Shown here piece by piece: positions 25,209-34,355 of a DNA stretch of 48,097 bases. Position 1 is the stretch's first letter. Every line of letters begins with the position of its first letter. Source of the stretch: a virus (lineage: Duplodnaviria > Caudoviricetes); the IMG/VR virus record IMGVR_UViG_3300025723_000004, positions 1 to 48,097 of that record; one strand, given 5' to 3'. The position numbers and the translations under genes are program-made. A model generated the notes under the pieces. It saw only the letters and a list, made by a program, of their open reading frames with translations, did not search any database and was not told the DNA's origin.

Positions 25209-25421
25209 TTATTTTTTGTAGTGATAATGTTTTTTTCTTAACCATTCATTGCGCCATTTCCACAAGGTATATAACCCCGTAACAGTACCGGCGAATATTG
25301 CAGCAATACCTGCCAAATCGCTGATTGAGGGGTTAATCCTACCAAGTAGATACAATAGTATTGCGCATGCCGCGCCCCCTTTGCTCTTCCCGTCTGGCCC
25401 ATGTATTTGCAGGTGCTCCAC
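25209..25421 (-). CDS. Holin/antiholin-like membrane protein
   Basis: Hydrophobic segments with a basic C-tail. Confidence 0.55.
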   Translation of the reverse strand: MEHLQIHGPDGKSKGGAACAILLYLLGRINPSISDLAGIAAIFAGTVTGLYTLWKWRNEWLRKKHYHYKK

Positions 25422-25479
25422 GTATATTGTTTTTTAATGCTTAGGAGAAAAATTATTAATTGCAAAAAAATGTAGTTTT

Positions 25480-26754
25480 TTACGGGATAAGCAAATTATT
25501 TGCATATAACCCCATCGTTTGTTCAACCGCCCAAACAGTGTTTGCAAATGCAGGTTGCCCGGCTATTGCATTTGGATGTTCCCAAGTCGAACTTGTTTCA
25601 CTGGCAAGGCAATATGTCGCGTTTGCCGGATAAGCCGTTGATACATCTGAAGCCGCCAAATCCCAGGTTGGATTAGCTGTTTTTAATTCACTAATAGCTG
25701 CCGCTAAGTCTATGCGATACGATTGTATAATTGTTTTGCCCGAGTAATCACTATTGCTTCCACTATACGATGCATTAGCCGATGACACGGCACTGTTTGG
25801 TATGCCTGGGTGGATAAAAGACCCTTTTGGGTTGATATGGAAATACGCTGTTATAATCTGCTTTAAAGCCTTTTTGTAAATTCCGTCAGTACCATGTGAC
25901 GGACACAAGTTAGCGGTGCCTGAAACAGTATCATTCATGCCAAGGCTACACCTTACCAAGTTTGCATATTTAAACGGCGTGTCAAGGTGGCCGTTTGCCA
26001 CCTTCCAAGCCCACTGGCTTGTAGTTGTGCCTGCAATTCCTATATTACGTGTTAGCACGTCAAACCCCGCAGCTTGGTACTTTCTTTGCAAAATCATCGG
26101 CCAACTTCCTGTTATAGTTCCACTGGCAAGTTCAACGATTGGAAGAGCGGAGGACAATTCTGTTTGCCCACATAGGGAATCGCCTATTTGCAATATCTTG
26201 TACTTTGCATCGTAGTTATCGCCCATCCACAATTGACACCCTTCAAATGTTAGTTGCCAGTTTACACCCGTAGTAGAATTTACAGCCCAATAGAAATCAA
26301 GGTATTCCCCACAATTTAGTATTAATGGATTTTTAGAGAAATCTATGGTATAGAAACCACCGCTTGAGCCAGGTATATTGCCATTATAAACTTGGTAAGC
26401 TGTTGAAAGATACACCGTGCCAGTAGTACCGTCAAGCGTATTGTTCAAACTTAAATACTTGAAAATATGCAAGTCAGCAGCGCCGGATGCCTGTATGTTG
26501 ATTTTGTCAATAATTACCTTTTTTCCAAATGGACATTGCACAACAAGAAATTGAGCATTTTCTGCATTGGCTGTAACAGTACCAGGCGTAGCATACAGCC
26601 ACCCATTCTTATCAGTTATTCCACTACCGGGGGTTCCCCAGCCACCTGTACTATTTTTATCAAGCAATGGTAACGGAAGCCCGTAATGTTGACGCTGCCA
26701 TTCTAGGGTTGTTGGTTCATTTATCAATCTACTAACTAGTGCTGGTAATGACAT
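25480..26754 (-). CDS. SGNH/GDSL hydrolase-domain protein
   Basis: Block I IGDSL, block II GIAG, block III LGMND, block V EHPN; likely ATG at 26754. Confidence 0.8.
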   Translation of the reverse strand: MSLPALVSRLINEPTTLEWQRQHYGLPLPLLDKNSTGGWGTPGSGITDKNGWLYATPGTVTANAENAQFLVVQCPFGKKVIIDKINIQASGAADLHIFKYLSLNNTLDGTTGTVYLSTAYQVYNGNIPGSSGGFYTIDFSKNPLILNCGEYLDFYWAVNSTTGVNWQLTFEGCQLWMGDNYDAKYKILQIGDSLCGQTELSSALPIVELASGTITGSWPMILQRKYQAAGFDVLTRNIGIAGTTTSQWAWKVANGHLDTPFKYANLVRCSLGMNDTVSGTANLCPSHGTDGIYKKALKQIITAYFHINPKGSFIHPGIPNSAVSSANASYSGSNSDYSGKTIIQSYRIDLAAAISELKTANPTWDLAASDVSTAYPANATYCLASETSSTWEHPNAIAGQPAFANTVWAVEQTMGLYANNLLIP

Positions 26755-26765
26755 ATATGAAATGT

Positions 26766-28664
26766 TTATTGTTGTACGAATTTTGTAAGGTTCCAAATAC
26801 CTGAATAATAGCTATATGCGTATTGTGCAGGATAGCCGCCTGCATTCACTGTATCATTTGCAACAAAGAATTGCTGCGAAATGGATGTGTTAGTGGTAAG
26901 GGATGCAGCCATATTTGCGTAGGTGCTGCATGTCCAATATTGGGTGTTGCCGATTGTATAGTACGAGCCTGTTGCTGTGGTTTTATATGTTATGATGTTG
27001 CCAGAAGTAGCGGGTAAAGTATCATTGTAAGTGTTCGTGCCAGGGTCTGCCGGGATAAGATATGTTGTGCCGCTGCCCGACCCTTGGAAATATAATTTTT
27101 TGCCAAATGCAAAACCGGGCGATTGATTAAACTTTATACCGTTGTTAGCATATAAGTTTAGTTGATACGGCGAAATATTTAAAGTGGCACCGCCACCTAT
27201 ATAAGCGGAATCGGCACCGTTTAAATTAAATACCATTTTGTGAGGGCCTACAGTGTTGTATGTGGTTGAGCTTTGAAAAATGGCATTATTTGTTGTGATA
27301 TTATTGTTGGTTAATGTTGTTTGCAATGTAGGAATGGCAGTGGCCGCACTATCGGCAATGCGCCTAGCGGTTTGCTGGCTTGTTACACTGTTTGTATCGG
27401 CAAAAAGGGTTATGTATTTGCCTGGTAATGCGGCGAATGCGCTAAGGCCATAGCCGGTACTGATATCGCCAGCACTCCAACCGAAATTGGTTGTACCATC
27501 GGCAATGCTATCCATGTTCAGCCGCGCAAAGCTTTTGTAGCCGTTCCAATAATAGCCGGGTGTATTGGGCGGGGTAAGGCTGCCGCCGCCTGCGCTTACA
27601 ATGTCGGAAGGTTTTAGGTGTATAATCTCCCCACGGCCTGTAGTGTCTTTACCTAATATTACCAACCCGGCGGGGTTGTTGTACTTGGTTAAAAAACGGG
27701 TACGCCCAGCACTATCTACCCAAAATGGTTTTATAATACTTGGATTGTTGGTTGAAGCACCAAATAATAATCCCACGCCCGTGCTGTCTAATTGCAAACT
27801 GTGGTCAGAAACTTCAATGGGTGTGGGATTATTAATGTAATAGTTATAACGCAACACACTTTTGTTTGGGAAAAGGTCAAATTCATTATAAAAACCTCTT
27901 GACGGTGTAATATTCCCTTGGTTATTGAGGAATGCATAATTGGTGTCAAAATGTGCAGTAACACCTCCGATGCCAGTAGGCCCATAACCATACATTTCCC
28001 ACATGTGGCCGTAGTTATATATGCTGTGGTCGTTGCGTAAGGTGTCGCCATCAGGGACCGTCATTGTATGTTCCCATGTCGCATTGCCAACAACCCTATT
28101 CAAACTATCTTTTAAAGCGGTGTGTGTTACATAACCGGTGCCTGTACTATCCTTTTTTAGCAAAAAATACCCCGTTACGCCGGAGGTATCTAACTGTATA
28201 TTAATGTTTGGATAGCTGCCCGTGACCACTATACCAAGGCTGCCCGTTATATTCACTGGTACCGGCGCTGTGGGCAACGTTGCTAACTGGCCTAAACCAT
28301 TGATGTATTGGGTACTGTTGCCCGCTGGTATAAGCAGGTAACTTCCAAGCTTGTAAGTCAGGGTAGCGGTGTCAACCTTGCCGTTAACGCGGTTGCTCAG
28401 GCTAGTGGTGTCTATGGAAACGCCGCCTGCCACGCCGTAATAATTGCCCCGGCTGTAATAATACAGGCTATCGCCTTTTACAAATACTTGCGGGGTGGTG
28501 TCTGCATCATTCCTCACAAAAGCATACTTGCGGGGTACATGCAATGCGCTGTCAGGCTTAAATCGGTTGGCCCATACGCCGTATGTGTTGTTTTTAGATG
28601 GGTATTGCGCAAAAGCCGCGAAAGCAGAAAAAAGTATAATGGTGAGGAATAATAGCTTTTTCAT
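26766..28664 (-). CDS. Signal-peptide-bearing beta-rich protein (fibre-like or surface protein)
   Basis: MKKLLFLTIILFSAFAAFA-Q; Thr/Gly/Asn-rich, GNSTQYINGLG and TLQTTLTNNN motifs like those of fibre proteins. Confidence 0.6.
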   Translation of the reverse strand: MKKLLFLTIILFSAFAAFAQYPSKNNTYGVWANRFKPDSALHVPRKYAFVRNDADTTPQVFVKGDSLYYYSRGNYYGVAGGVSIDTTSLSNRVNGKVDTATLTYKLGSYLLIPAGNSTQYINGLGQLATLPTAPVPVNITGSLGIVVTGSYPNINIQLDTSGVTGYFLLKKDSTGTGYVTHTALKDSLNRVVGNATWEHTMTVPDGDTLRNDHSIYNYGHMWEMYGYGPTGIGGVTAHFDTNYAFLNNQGNITPSRGFYNEFDLFPNKSVLRYNYYINNPTPIEVSDHSLQLDSTGVGLLFGASTNNPSIIKPFWVDSAGRTRFLTKYNNPAGLVILGKDTTGRGEIIHLKPSDIVSAGGGSLTPPNTPGYYWNGYKSFARLNMDSIADGTTNFGWSAGDISTGYGLSAFAALPGKYITLFADTNSVTSQQTARRIADSAATAIPTLQTTLTNNNITTNNAIFQSSTTYNTVGPHKMVFNLNGADSAYIGGGATLNISPYQLNLYANNGIKFNQSPGFAFGKKLYFQGSGSGTTYLIPADPGTNTYNDTLPATSGNIITYKTTATGSYYTIGNTQYWTCSTYANMAASLTTNTSISQQFFVANDTVNAGGYPAQYAYSYYSGIWNLTKFVQQ

Positions 28665-28673
28665 GGTATAAAA

Positions 28674-28690
28674 GTAAATAAATTATTTAC
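28674..28690. promoter_or_regulatory. Late-gene palindromic box, copy 2 (GTAAATA-AAT-TATTTAC)
   Basis: Perfect 7-bp arms, 9 nt upstream of the ATG at 28664. Confidence 0.75.
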
Positions 28691-28729
28691 TGTTTTTAAA
28701 TTATTTGCTTGTAACCAATATTTCTTGGT

Positions 28730-30112
28730 TTAAATCCTTATGTATATGTATTCGCCGGTATTGTTTGGCCGGGTTTCGCTGGTCAAGGCGGAAAAATCAA
28801 CCTTATAACTTTTTGATGTCTTGCCTTGTCTTGAGCCATGGCCGCCATTGCCCGCCACATTAGAGGTAGACGCGCCTGGCATATCTGTTGTAGTGCCACC
28901 GTAAGGAAATAACACATCCGAGTTAACCCCCATGCCGTTTAAATGGGCGTGCTGCATCACGTCTTGCTGCTGGAATGTGCCGGGGCTTGCGCCAACGGCT
29001 TTCCTAAACCCGTATGCCGTCAAATCGGGCAGTGTAAATGTTGTGGAACCATCACCATTGCCAAAAAAAGCCTTGTTAATATAATTGCCGCTTCCGTCTT
29101 GGTTGCCCCAAATTGATTGTGCAATCAGCTGGGCACTTCCCGATATTTTTGCCCACAACCTGGCATAAGTTGTGCGCGAAACGGTTTGCCCGTTGGCTAA
29201 TAAGGCATTTAGTTCATTCGGAAAATCGCTGGCAAACTTGCGGCCCACTTCATCCACCCCTATACTGCAATAATCCACCTGCCATTTACTGTTGGCTTTA
29301 AACAACTTTAGCTGCTCATTTTGCCCCAGCACGACACTGGCCACAGTGCCATTGCGTTGTATAAGGTCGCTACCGCTGGCAACTATACCCACATTGATAT
29401 GCGAACCGCCCGCACTGTAGAAATACATCACGTCATAATCCGTCATAGTGCTGAGCGGTGGCAAGGTGGCGGCAAAATAAGCGGATGCCCCTTGTAGATA
29501 AATAGCTTTGTTTTTATAGCTGTTATCCAAAGATGTGTTGGCGGTAAGTGTTACCCCGGATGATATTAAAGCAGGCTGCGGGGGTGCTGTTTGTGCGCTT
29601 TGTGGGAAAAAATGCAAGATAAACACTTGCCCTGCTTGAAAGGTTTCGCCATCAGTAAGTGTAAAGTTATTATAGCTATCCAAAGAATACTCCGCGTTAG
29701 CATCGGGCGGCGCAATCATGGTGCCAGTGCCTCTGTTTTCAAGGCTATAATACCAGCCCGCTAATGAATTGGAAGGGTCGGTATATTTGGTGCCGCCAAT
29801 ATCAATACCGGTGTCGCGTCCGGCCATCAGCACCAAATCAGCCCGTAAGGCAATGGTATTGCTTAAAGCGGTAAAAGTGCCACTGTTACGAACTATACCG
29901 CTGGCGGTACCGTCGGTGCTTTCCCACAGCTTCACAATATAGGCCACGCCATAGGTAAGCCCGTCAAACTCTATTTGTATAGGGTCGCCGTACGGCTTTG
30001 ACGGAATGACTGTTTGAAGCAGTACTGTAGGGGCGGAGGCCGCATAAAGGGCCACCACAAACTGATTGCTGCTTACATCTAAGGTAGCCTGTATGGATAA
30101 GTTTACTTTCAT
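28730..30112 (-). CDS. Tail fibre protein with collar domain
   Basis: ANGQTVSRTTYARLWA, FGNGDGSTTFTLPDL, QHAH, ETRPNN. Confidence 0.85.
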   Translation of the reverse strand: MKVNLSIQATLDVSSNQFVVALYAASAPTVLLQTVIPSKPYGDPIQIEFDGLTYGVAYIVKLWESTDGTASGIVRNSGTFTALSNTIALRADLVLMAGRDTGIDIGGTKYTDPSNSLAGWYYSLENRGTGTMIAPPDANAEYSLDSYNNFTLTDGETFQAGQVFILHFFPQSAQTAPPQPALISSGVTLTANTSLDNSYKNKAIYLQGASAYFAATLPPLSTMTDYDVMYFYSAGGSHINVGIVASGSDLIQRNGTVASVVLGQNEQLKLFKANSKWQVDYCSIGVDEVGRKFASDFPNELNALLANGQTVSRTTYARLWAKISGSAQLIAQSIWGNQDGSGNYINKAFFGNGDGSTTFTLPDLTAYGFRKAVGASPGTFQQQDVMQHAHLNGMGVNSDVLFPYGGTTTDMPGASTSNVAGNGGHGSRQGKTSKSYKVDFSALTSETRPNNTGEYIYIRI

Positions 30113-30114
30113 GG

Positions 30115-33100
30115 CTAATTACTTACTTCAAGGTTAATAATATTAGAATTGTCGGTCTCGCTATCGTTGTTCACATTGGGGCCAAAGTAGTTTGCATCTG
30201 TGGTGATTAGCATGGTGCTACCACTTGCTGCGCCGCTTGCGGTTACAACAATGCCGTCAATGTCTTTAGCTTGCCGTATTTCTGTTTTCAAATACTTTTT
30301 AGGGCTGCCCTCTAAAAATGTTAATTCCCATTCTGCCCCATCGTTTAAAGTGTATTGCTTCCCTTCAATCATAACCGTGTCAAGCATCATGATCCGGTTG
30401 ATTTTTTTTGCAATGTAATCAGGCACACCATCGGCTAAGCCTATCCAAAGCTCATCCACTTCATACGGAAAGGCATTTAATAGGGTGATGTCTTCAGGCT
30501 GGTCAATATAAAATGCCGCTTTGAATTTTGGTTTCATTTTATTGTCAATAAAACCCAATGTGCGTAAAGAAAATGTTTCGCCGTTTTCAAAAATGGCGCT
30601 CAGCTTATTGGAGCTGTTGGAATATTCAAATAAAATGGTGTTTGGCCAATCGGATTGTACATTCAGCCCTTCACTAATCATAGAAGCGGTGGCGCCGCCT
30701 GTTCCGGCTGTTACCGTCATGTAATACCCTCCGGCCGTAAGCCCTGAAATGTTAATATAGCCCTCCCACAAGTAATAAGGCGTGGAATTAGTAGCTACCA
30801 AAGAAAGGGTTGTGCTGCTTATTAATACGCCTTGGTCATTCAGTATATTAACGGCAACAGGCGCAAGCCCATTGGTAAAAAATTGTAGAAAAACAATATC
30901 GTTTGTTTGCAGCGGGTTAAAGTAGCCCGTTTGATTAACCCATTTACTAATTTGCTCACTATACCAAAACAAATCACGGTCTTTGGTGTGGTACTTAGCC
31001 CCCAGCACTTGCCCGGCTGGTACAAATTGTATGGGTGAAGTAAACGCACACCATATTGAGTTAGGTGCCATAATTAAGTTATTTAAGCCGTCAATTTTTA
31101 AATCAACCAAATCACTCAGGTTGACGGCGGGTGATAGCAATAGTTTCCATGTTTGGCTTTCATTTAGTGCCGGCCGCTGCTTTACGTCAATGGGGAAGCC
31201 GTACAGTTGTTTGCCGCCGTAGGTAAAAGAAATATGCGCATTGGCTGCCTCGGCCATTAAAGAGCTAAAATTTATAGGCACCTGCGTTTCAAACTCCACA
31301 TAATAAGGGTAAGCCAATGGCTGCCCAAATGATTGAACCAACACGTCGGCATTTTCGCGGTAGTTAATATTTTGGTAGGTGGTTTCTAAATATTGGTTTT
31401 TGGTAAGGGTGAGAAACTGCAAAGACTGGCCCACCTGGTTAAAAATACCCATGGCTATCCGCCCCGCCCATTTCATTAGTAAGCGTTTAGGCGTTAAATC
31501 CTCAATATTGTACGGTGCGCCGGGGCCTGTTGTGATAGGGGTATTGCTGTTGGGTAAATTTCCCAATAAGGCAGGGATGCCCGTAATAAAATCATACTGC
31601 ACCCGTTTGAGCGCATAGGCCTTGATTGTTTTGGACGTAAAGGTTAAAGTGGCATTAGCAATGCCTGCATTCAGTACTTCTGTAGAAGCAACTACAAAAA
31701 TAATGTCGCCAATCGCAAAATCTTTGCTATATGCCAATTGCACATTTTGCAGGCTGGCCGTGTTGGGGACGGTAACACTTTCCACCACAACCCCGTTAAC
31801 AAAAAGCCTGAGTGTTACGTGCTGCAGGCTGCCCGTTTGCATGGCCACGGAAAACAAAGAGGATATATCAAATGAAGCATTAATAAGCAGGCTATCAAAC
31901 AGGAAATATTGAAAACCGTAACTAACCACGGGCTGGATGGCAGGGTTAGGCTCCGGGTTGGTTGGGTTAACTATGGGCATGGCCAACATTTGCACGGCGG
32001 TACCGGTGTCTATGTTTATCACGCCGCCACTATCCGCCGTCCAATAACTACCTGCGCTTCCTAATGCAAGATTGCAGGTAAGGTCGGATATAGAACCGTT
32101 GAGGCTCATGGATGCCGTGGCATAGATGCTATCACCCTCGCTGAATAACCCCGTTAAATCATATTCAACACCTGTGCCGCTATTGGTGGCCGTTCCGGTC
32201 GTTACCGTGTTTACCGTGTTGCTTCCTATTTTGGTGGCCGGGGCATTGGCCGTGGTAACGCTGGTAAGCACACACACACCCTTTACAAAAAGCTTTATGG
32301 TGATGGTATCCGCTGGCAGCTTGGTAACGCTGTTATAAGGTAAGCCGTTTAGGTTGCCGGAAAATACAAACTTTAGGGGGATGGTAGCTGAATAGCCAGG
32401 GTAACAAAAAACAAAAATAGAAGGGTCGTTAAACATGCCAAAATAACTACCAATCAAGTTTTGGTAATTGATACTCTGCATGCTCCTGTTGGATAATAGC
32501 GCAATATTACCGTTGGCAGCGTTCAGCGGGTCGGTTATGCCGTTGCCTGCATACGTTGCCTGCTCAAAGTCATATATAAAGCTGTTAGGGTCTGTGTTGA
32601 TAATAAAAACATCATTATCACCGCTGTTACGGGTGGTTGAAGTGTCGGCAATATCCGCCCGTAAGCGTTCAATGCCGTAAGGGTCGGCTCTATAGGGGCT
32701 GATAATCTCTAACGGCTTTTGAAGTGTTTTAATAGGTGCCACCCATTCGGCGGTAGTATTATACTCATACTTTCCGGCCTTTTGGTCGTACGATTGCGAA
32801 CGGTACCCGATTTTGAGACCATTAAACATATATTCCTCTGCCAAATATATTTTCAACTTAGAAGCTTCGCCGATATCAAACTGGTTTGCCTCCGTGTTAA
32901 ATACATACCCCAGCTGCTCTAAGAATATTGCTTCCCCCAAACTATCTAACTGTTGGTTGCCCAATGAAGCACACAGCACGGTTGACATGGCCGTGTAAAA
33001 ATCTTTAAGGTTGGTCTTTATCGCCGGGCCGTAAGCAATGGTGAGTTTATTACTTGGCTGCTGGCTATTGGTTTGGTAGCTATGAAAATATTGTTGGTAG

Positions 33101-34308
33101 TTGGCATCGCCGCTCGCACGGATGGCATCGCCGCTGGTAATAACCAAGTTAAGGTTATTTTGCAAAAGCTGGCTGTTAGGCTGGTAGCTAAATACTTGGT
33201 CGGTGGTGCTGGCAGCAAGGCAGATGTTTTTAACCAATAGCCTGAATAAGTCCCACGCCGTTACCCCCCAAACAGTTGTTTGTTGAGCTTGTGAAGAAAA
33301 CGTAAAGCTAAAAGCACCATTAGTAACAGCCATCGGGTGGCGCGTGTTGGTATGGACCAGTGTAAAAAATGCCTTTTCATTGGCGGCTAAATCAAAGGTT
33401 TTATCAAATGATATTATTTGGGGGCCTTTGATATAGTTGTTGTACGATAATACCACGGGCGCACGGGTGGCATCGCTCGTGTAAATAATCACGCTGCATA
33501 TATCTTCTTCATCGGCATTATAGGGCCGCACATTCAATTGTCCTTTGCAACGGATGGTAGTTTTGGAGGTTTGGTAAAAAATATAGTTTCCTGCACCCCC
33601 TGCGCTGGCAATAGCCTGCGTTACTTGTGTCGCATTTACCGCCGTGGCAGTAGCATCGTTATGCACCACCCCGTAATTGTCCCCCGTGTTTTCAGAAAAG
33701 AAGATTGGCAAAAACCATGCATCGGAGTGCCCAGCATCGCCCGTAACCTGCATAAAAGACACCCTGTAAAAAAAGGTATCCTCCACCCGCATGCCGTCAA
33801 AGTTTACCTTAATATTTTCCGGGATACTGCCATCAACCGGTATTTCAAAATTCATCGTTTCGTAAGCCTTCAACAGCTGCACGATGCCGCCCTCCATGCC
33901 GTTCAACTCCATGCCCTCGTTGATGATGTCTTTAAATTTAGTAAGGTCAAGCTGGCACTTGTTATACAGCGTGTATTGCGGTTTGGTTGCAGTAAACGGG
34001 TTGTACTTAAGGGTGATGAGCGTTAACGGTGTTTCAATGCCCCGCTGCGTGTATAAAAACTGCTTTACAATTTGGTAAGCATCCTTAACAAGCTTCAACG
34101 GGGTGGAATAGCTGCGGTTTAAGCCATAGTACACCATATTACGGCCAAAACCAAGCTCAATATTCATCCAGCCGTCCGGCGCGGCCTTAAGGTTTACATC
34201 AATGCCACTTTGAATAGAGGCTTTTTGCACATTGCCGTTGTTATCCACATACCAGCATAAGCCCGTGGCCGTTTCCGCAAGAAAGAATATAAAAGGTTTG
34301 TTTTGCAA
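30115..34308 (-). CDS. Large tail tip/baseplate-hub-like protein
   Basis: 1397 aa, beta-rich, directly after the tape measure gene. Confidence 0.65.
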   Translation of the reverse strand: MQNKPFIFFLAETATGLCWYVDNNGNVQKASIQSGIDVNLKAAPDGWMNIELGFGRNMVYYGLNRSYSTPLKLVKDAYQIVKQFLYTQRGIETPLTLITLKYNPFTATKPQYTLYNKCQLDLTKFKDIINEGMELNGMEGGIVQLLKAYETMNFEIPVDGSIPENIKVNFDGMRVEDTFFYRVSFMQVTGDAGHSDAWFLPIFFSENTGDNYGVVHNDATATAVNATQVTQAIASAGGAGNYIFYQTSKTTIRCKGQLNVRPYNADEEDICSVIIYTSDATRAPVVLSYNNYIKGPQIISFDKTFDLAANEKAFFTLVHTNTRHPMAVTNGAFSFTFSSQAQQTTVWGVTAWDLFRLLVKNICLAASTTDQVFSYQPNSQLLQNNLNLVITSGDAIRASGDANYQQYFHSYQTNSQQPSNKLTIAYGPAIKTNLKDFYTAMSTVLCASLGNQQLDSLGEAIFLEQLGYVFNTEANQFDIGEASKLKIYLAEEYMFNGLKIGYRSQSYDQKAGKYEYNTTAEWVAPIKTLQKPLEIISPYRADPYGIERLRADIADTSTTRNSGDNDVFIINTDPNSFIYDFEQATYAGNGITDPLNAANGNIALLSNRSMQSINYQNLIGSYFGMFNDPSIFVFCYPGYSATIPLKFVFSGNLNGLPYNSVTKLPADTITIKLFVKGVCVLTSVTTANAPATKIGSNTVNTVTTGTATNSGTGVEYDLTGLFSEGDSIYATASMSLNGSISDLTCNLALGSAGSYWTADSGGVINIDTGTAVQMLAMPIVNPTNPEPNPAIQPVVSYGFQYFLFDSLLINASFDISSLFSVAMQTGSLQHVTLRLFVNGVVVESVTVPNTASLQNVQLAYSKDFAIGDIIFVVASTEVLNAGIANATLTFTSKTIKAYALKRVQYDFITGIPALLGNLPNSNTPITTGPGAPYNIEDLTPKRLLMKWAGRIAMGIFNQVGQSLQFLTLTKNQYLETTYQNINYRENADVLVQSFGQPLAYPYYVEFETQVPINFSSLMAEAANAHISFTYGGKQLYGFPIDVKQRPALNESQTWKLLLSPAVNLSDLVDLKIDGLNNLIMAPNSIWCAFTSPIQFVPAGQVLGAKYHTKDRDLFWYSEQISKWVNQTGYFNPLQTNDIVFLQFFTNGLAPVAVNILNDQGVLISSTTLSLVATNSTPYYLWEGYINISGLTAGGYYMTVTAGTGGATASMISEGLNVQSDWPNTILFEYSNSSNKLSAIFENGETFSLRTLGFIDNKMKPKFKAAFYIDQPEDITLLNAFPYEVDELWIGLADGVPDYIAKKINRIMMLDTVMIEGKQYTLNDGAEWELTFLEGSPKKYLKTEIRQAKDIDGIVVTASGAASGSTMLITTDANYFGPNVNNDSETDNSNIINLEVSN

Positions 34309-34330
34309 TGGGTGTTATTATGTGGTAAAA

Positions 34331-34347
34331 GTAAATATTTTATTTAC
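34331..34347. promoter_or_regulatory. Late-gene palindromic box, copy 3 (GTAAATA-TTT-TATTTAC)
   Basis: Perfect arms in the 47-bp gap between tape measure and tail tip genes. Confidence 0.75.
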
Positions 34348-34355
34348 TATAATCC

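Noticed and set aside
25480-34308. Diversity-generating retroelement or invertible tail-fibre cassette
   Set aside because: No reverse transcriptase, no template/variable repeat pair and no inverted fibre segments seen by eye.
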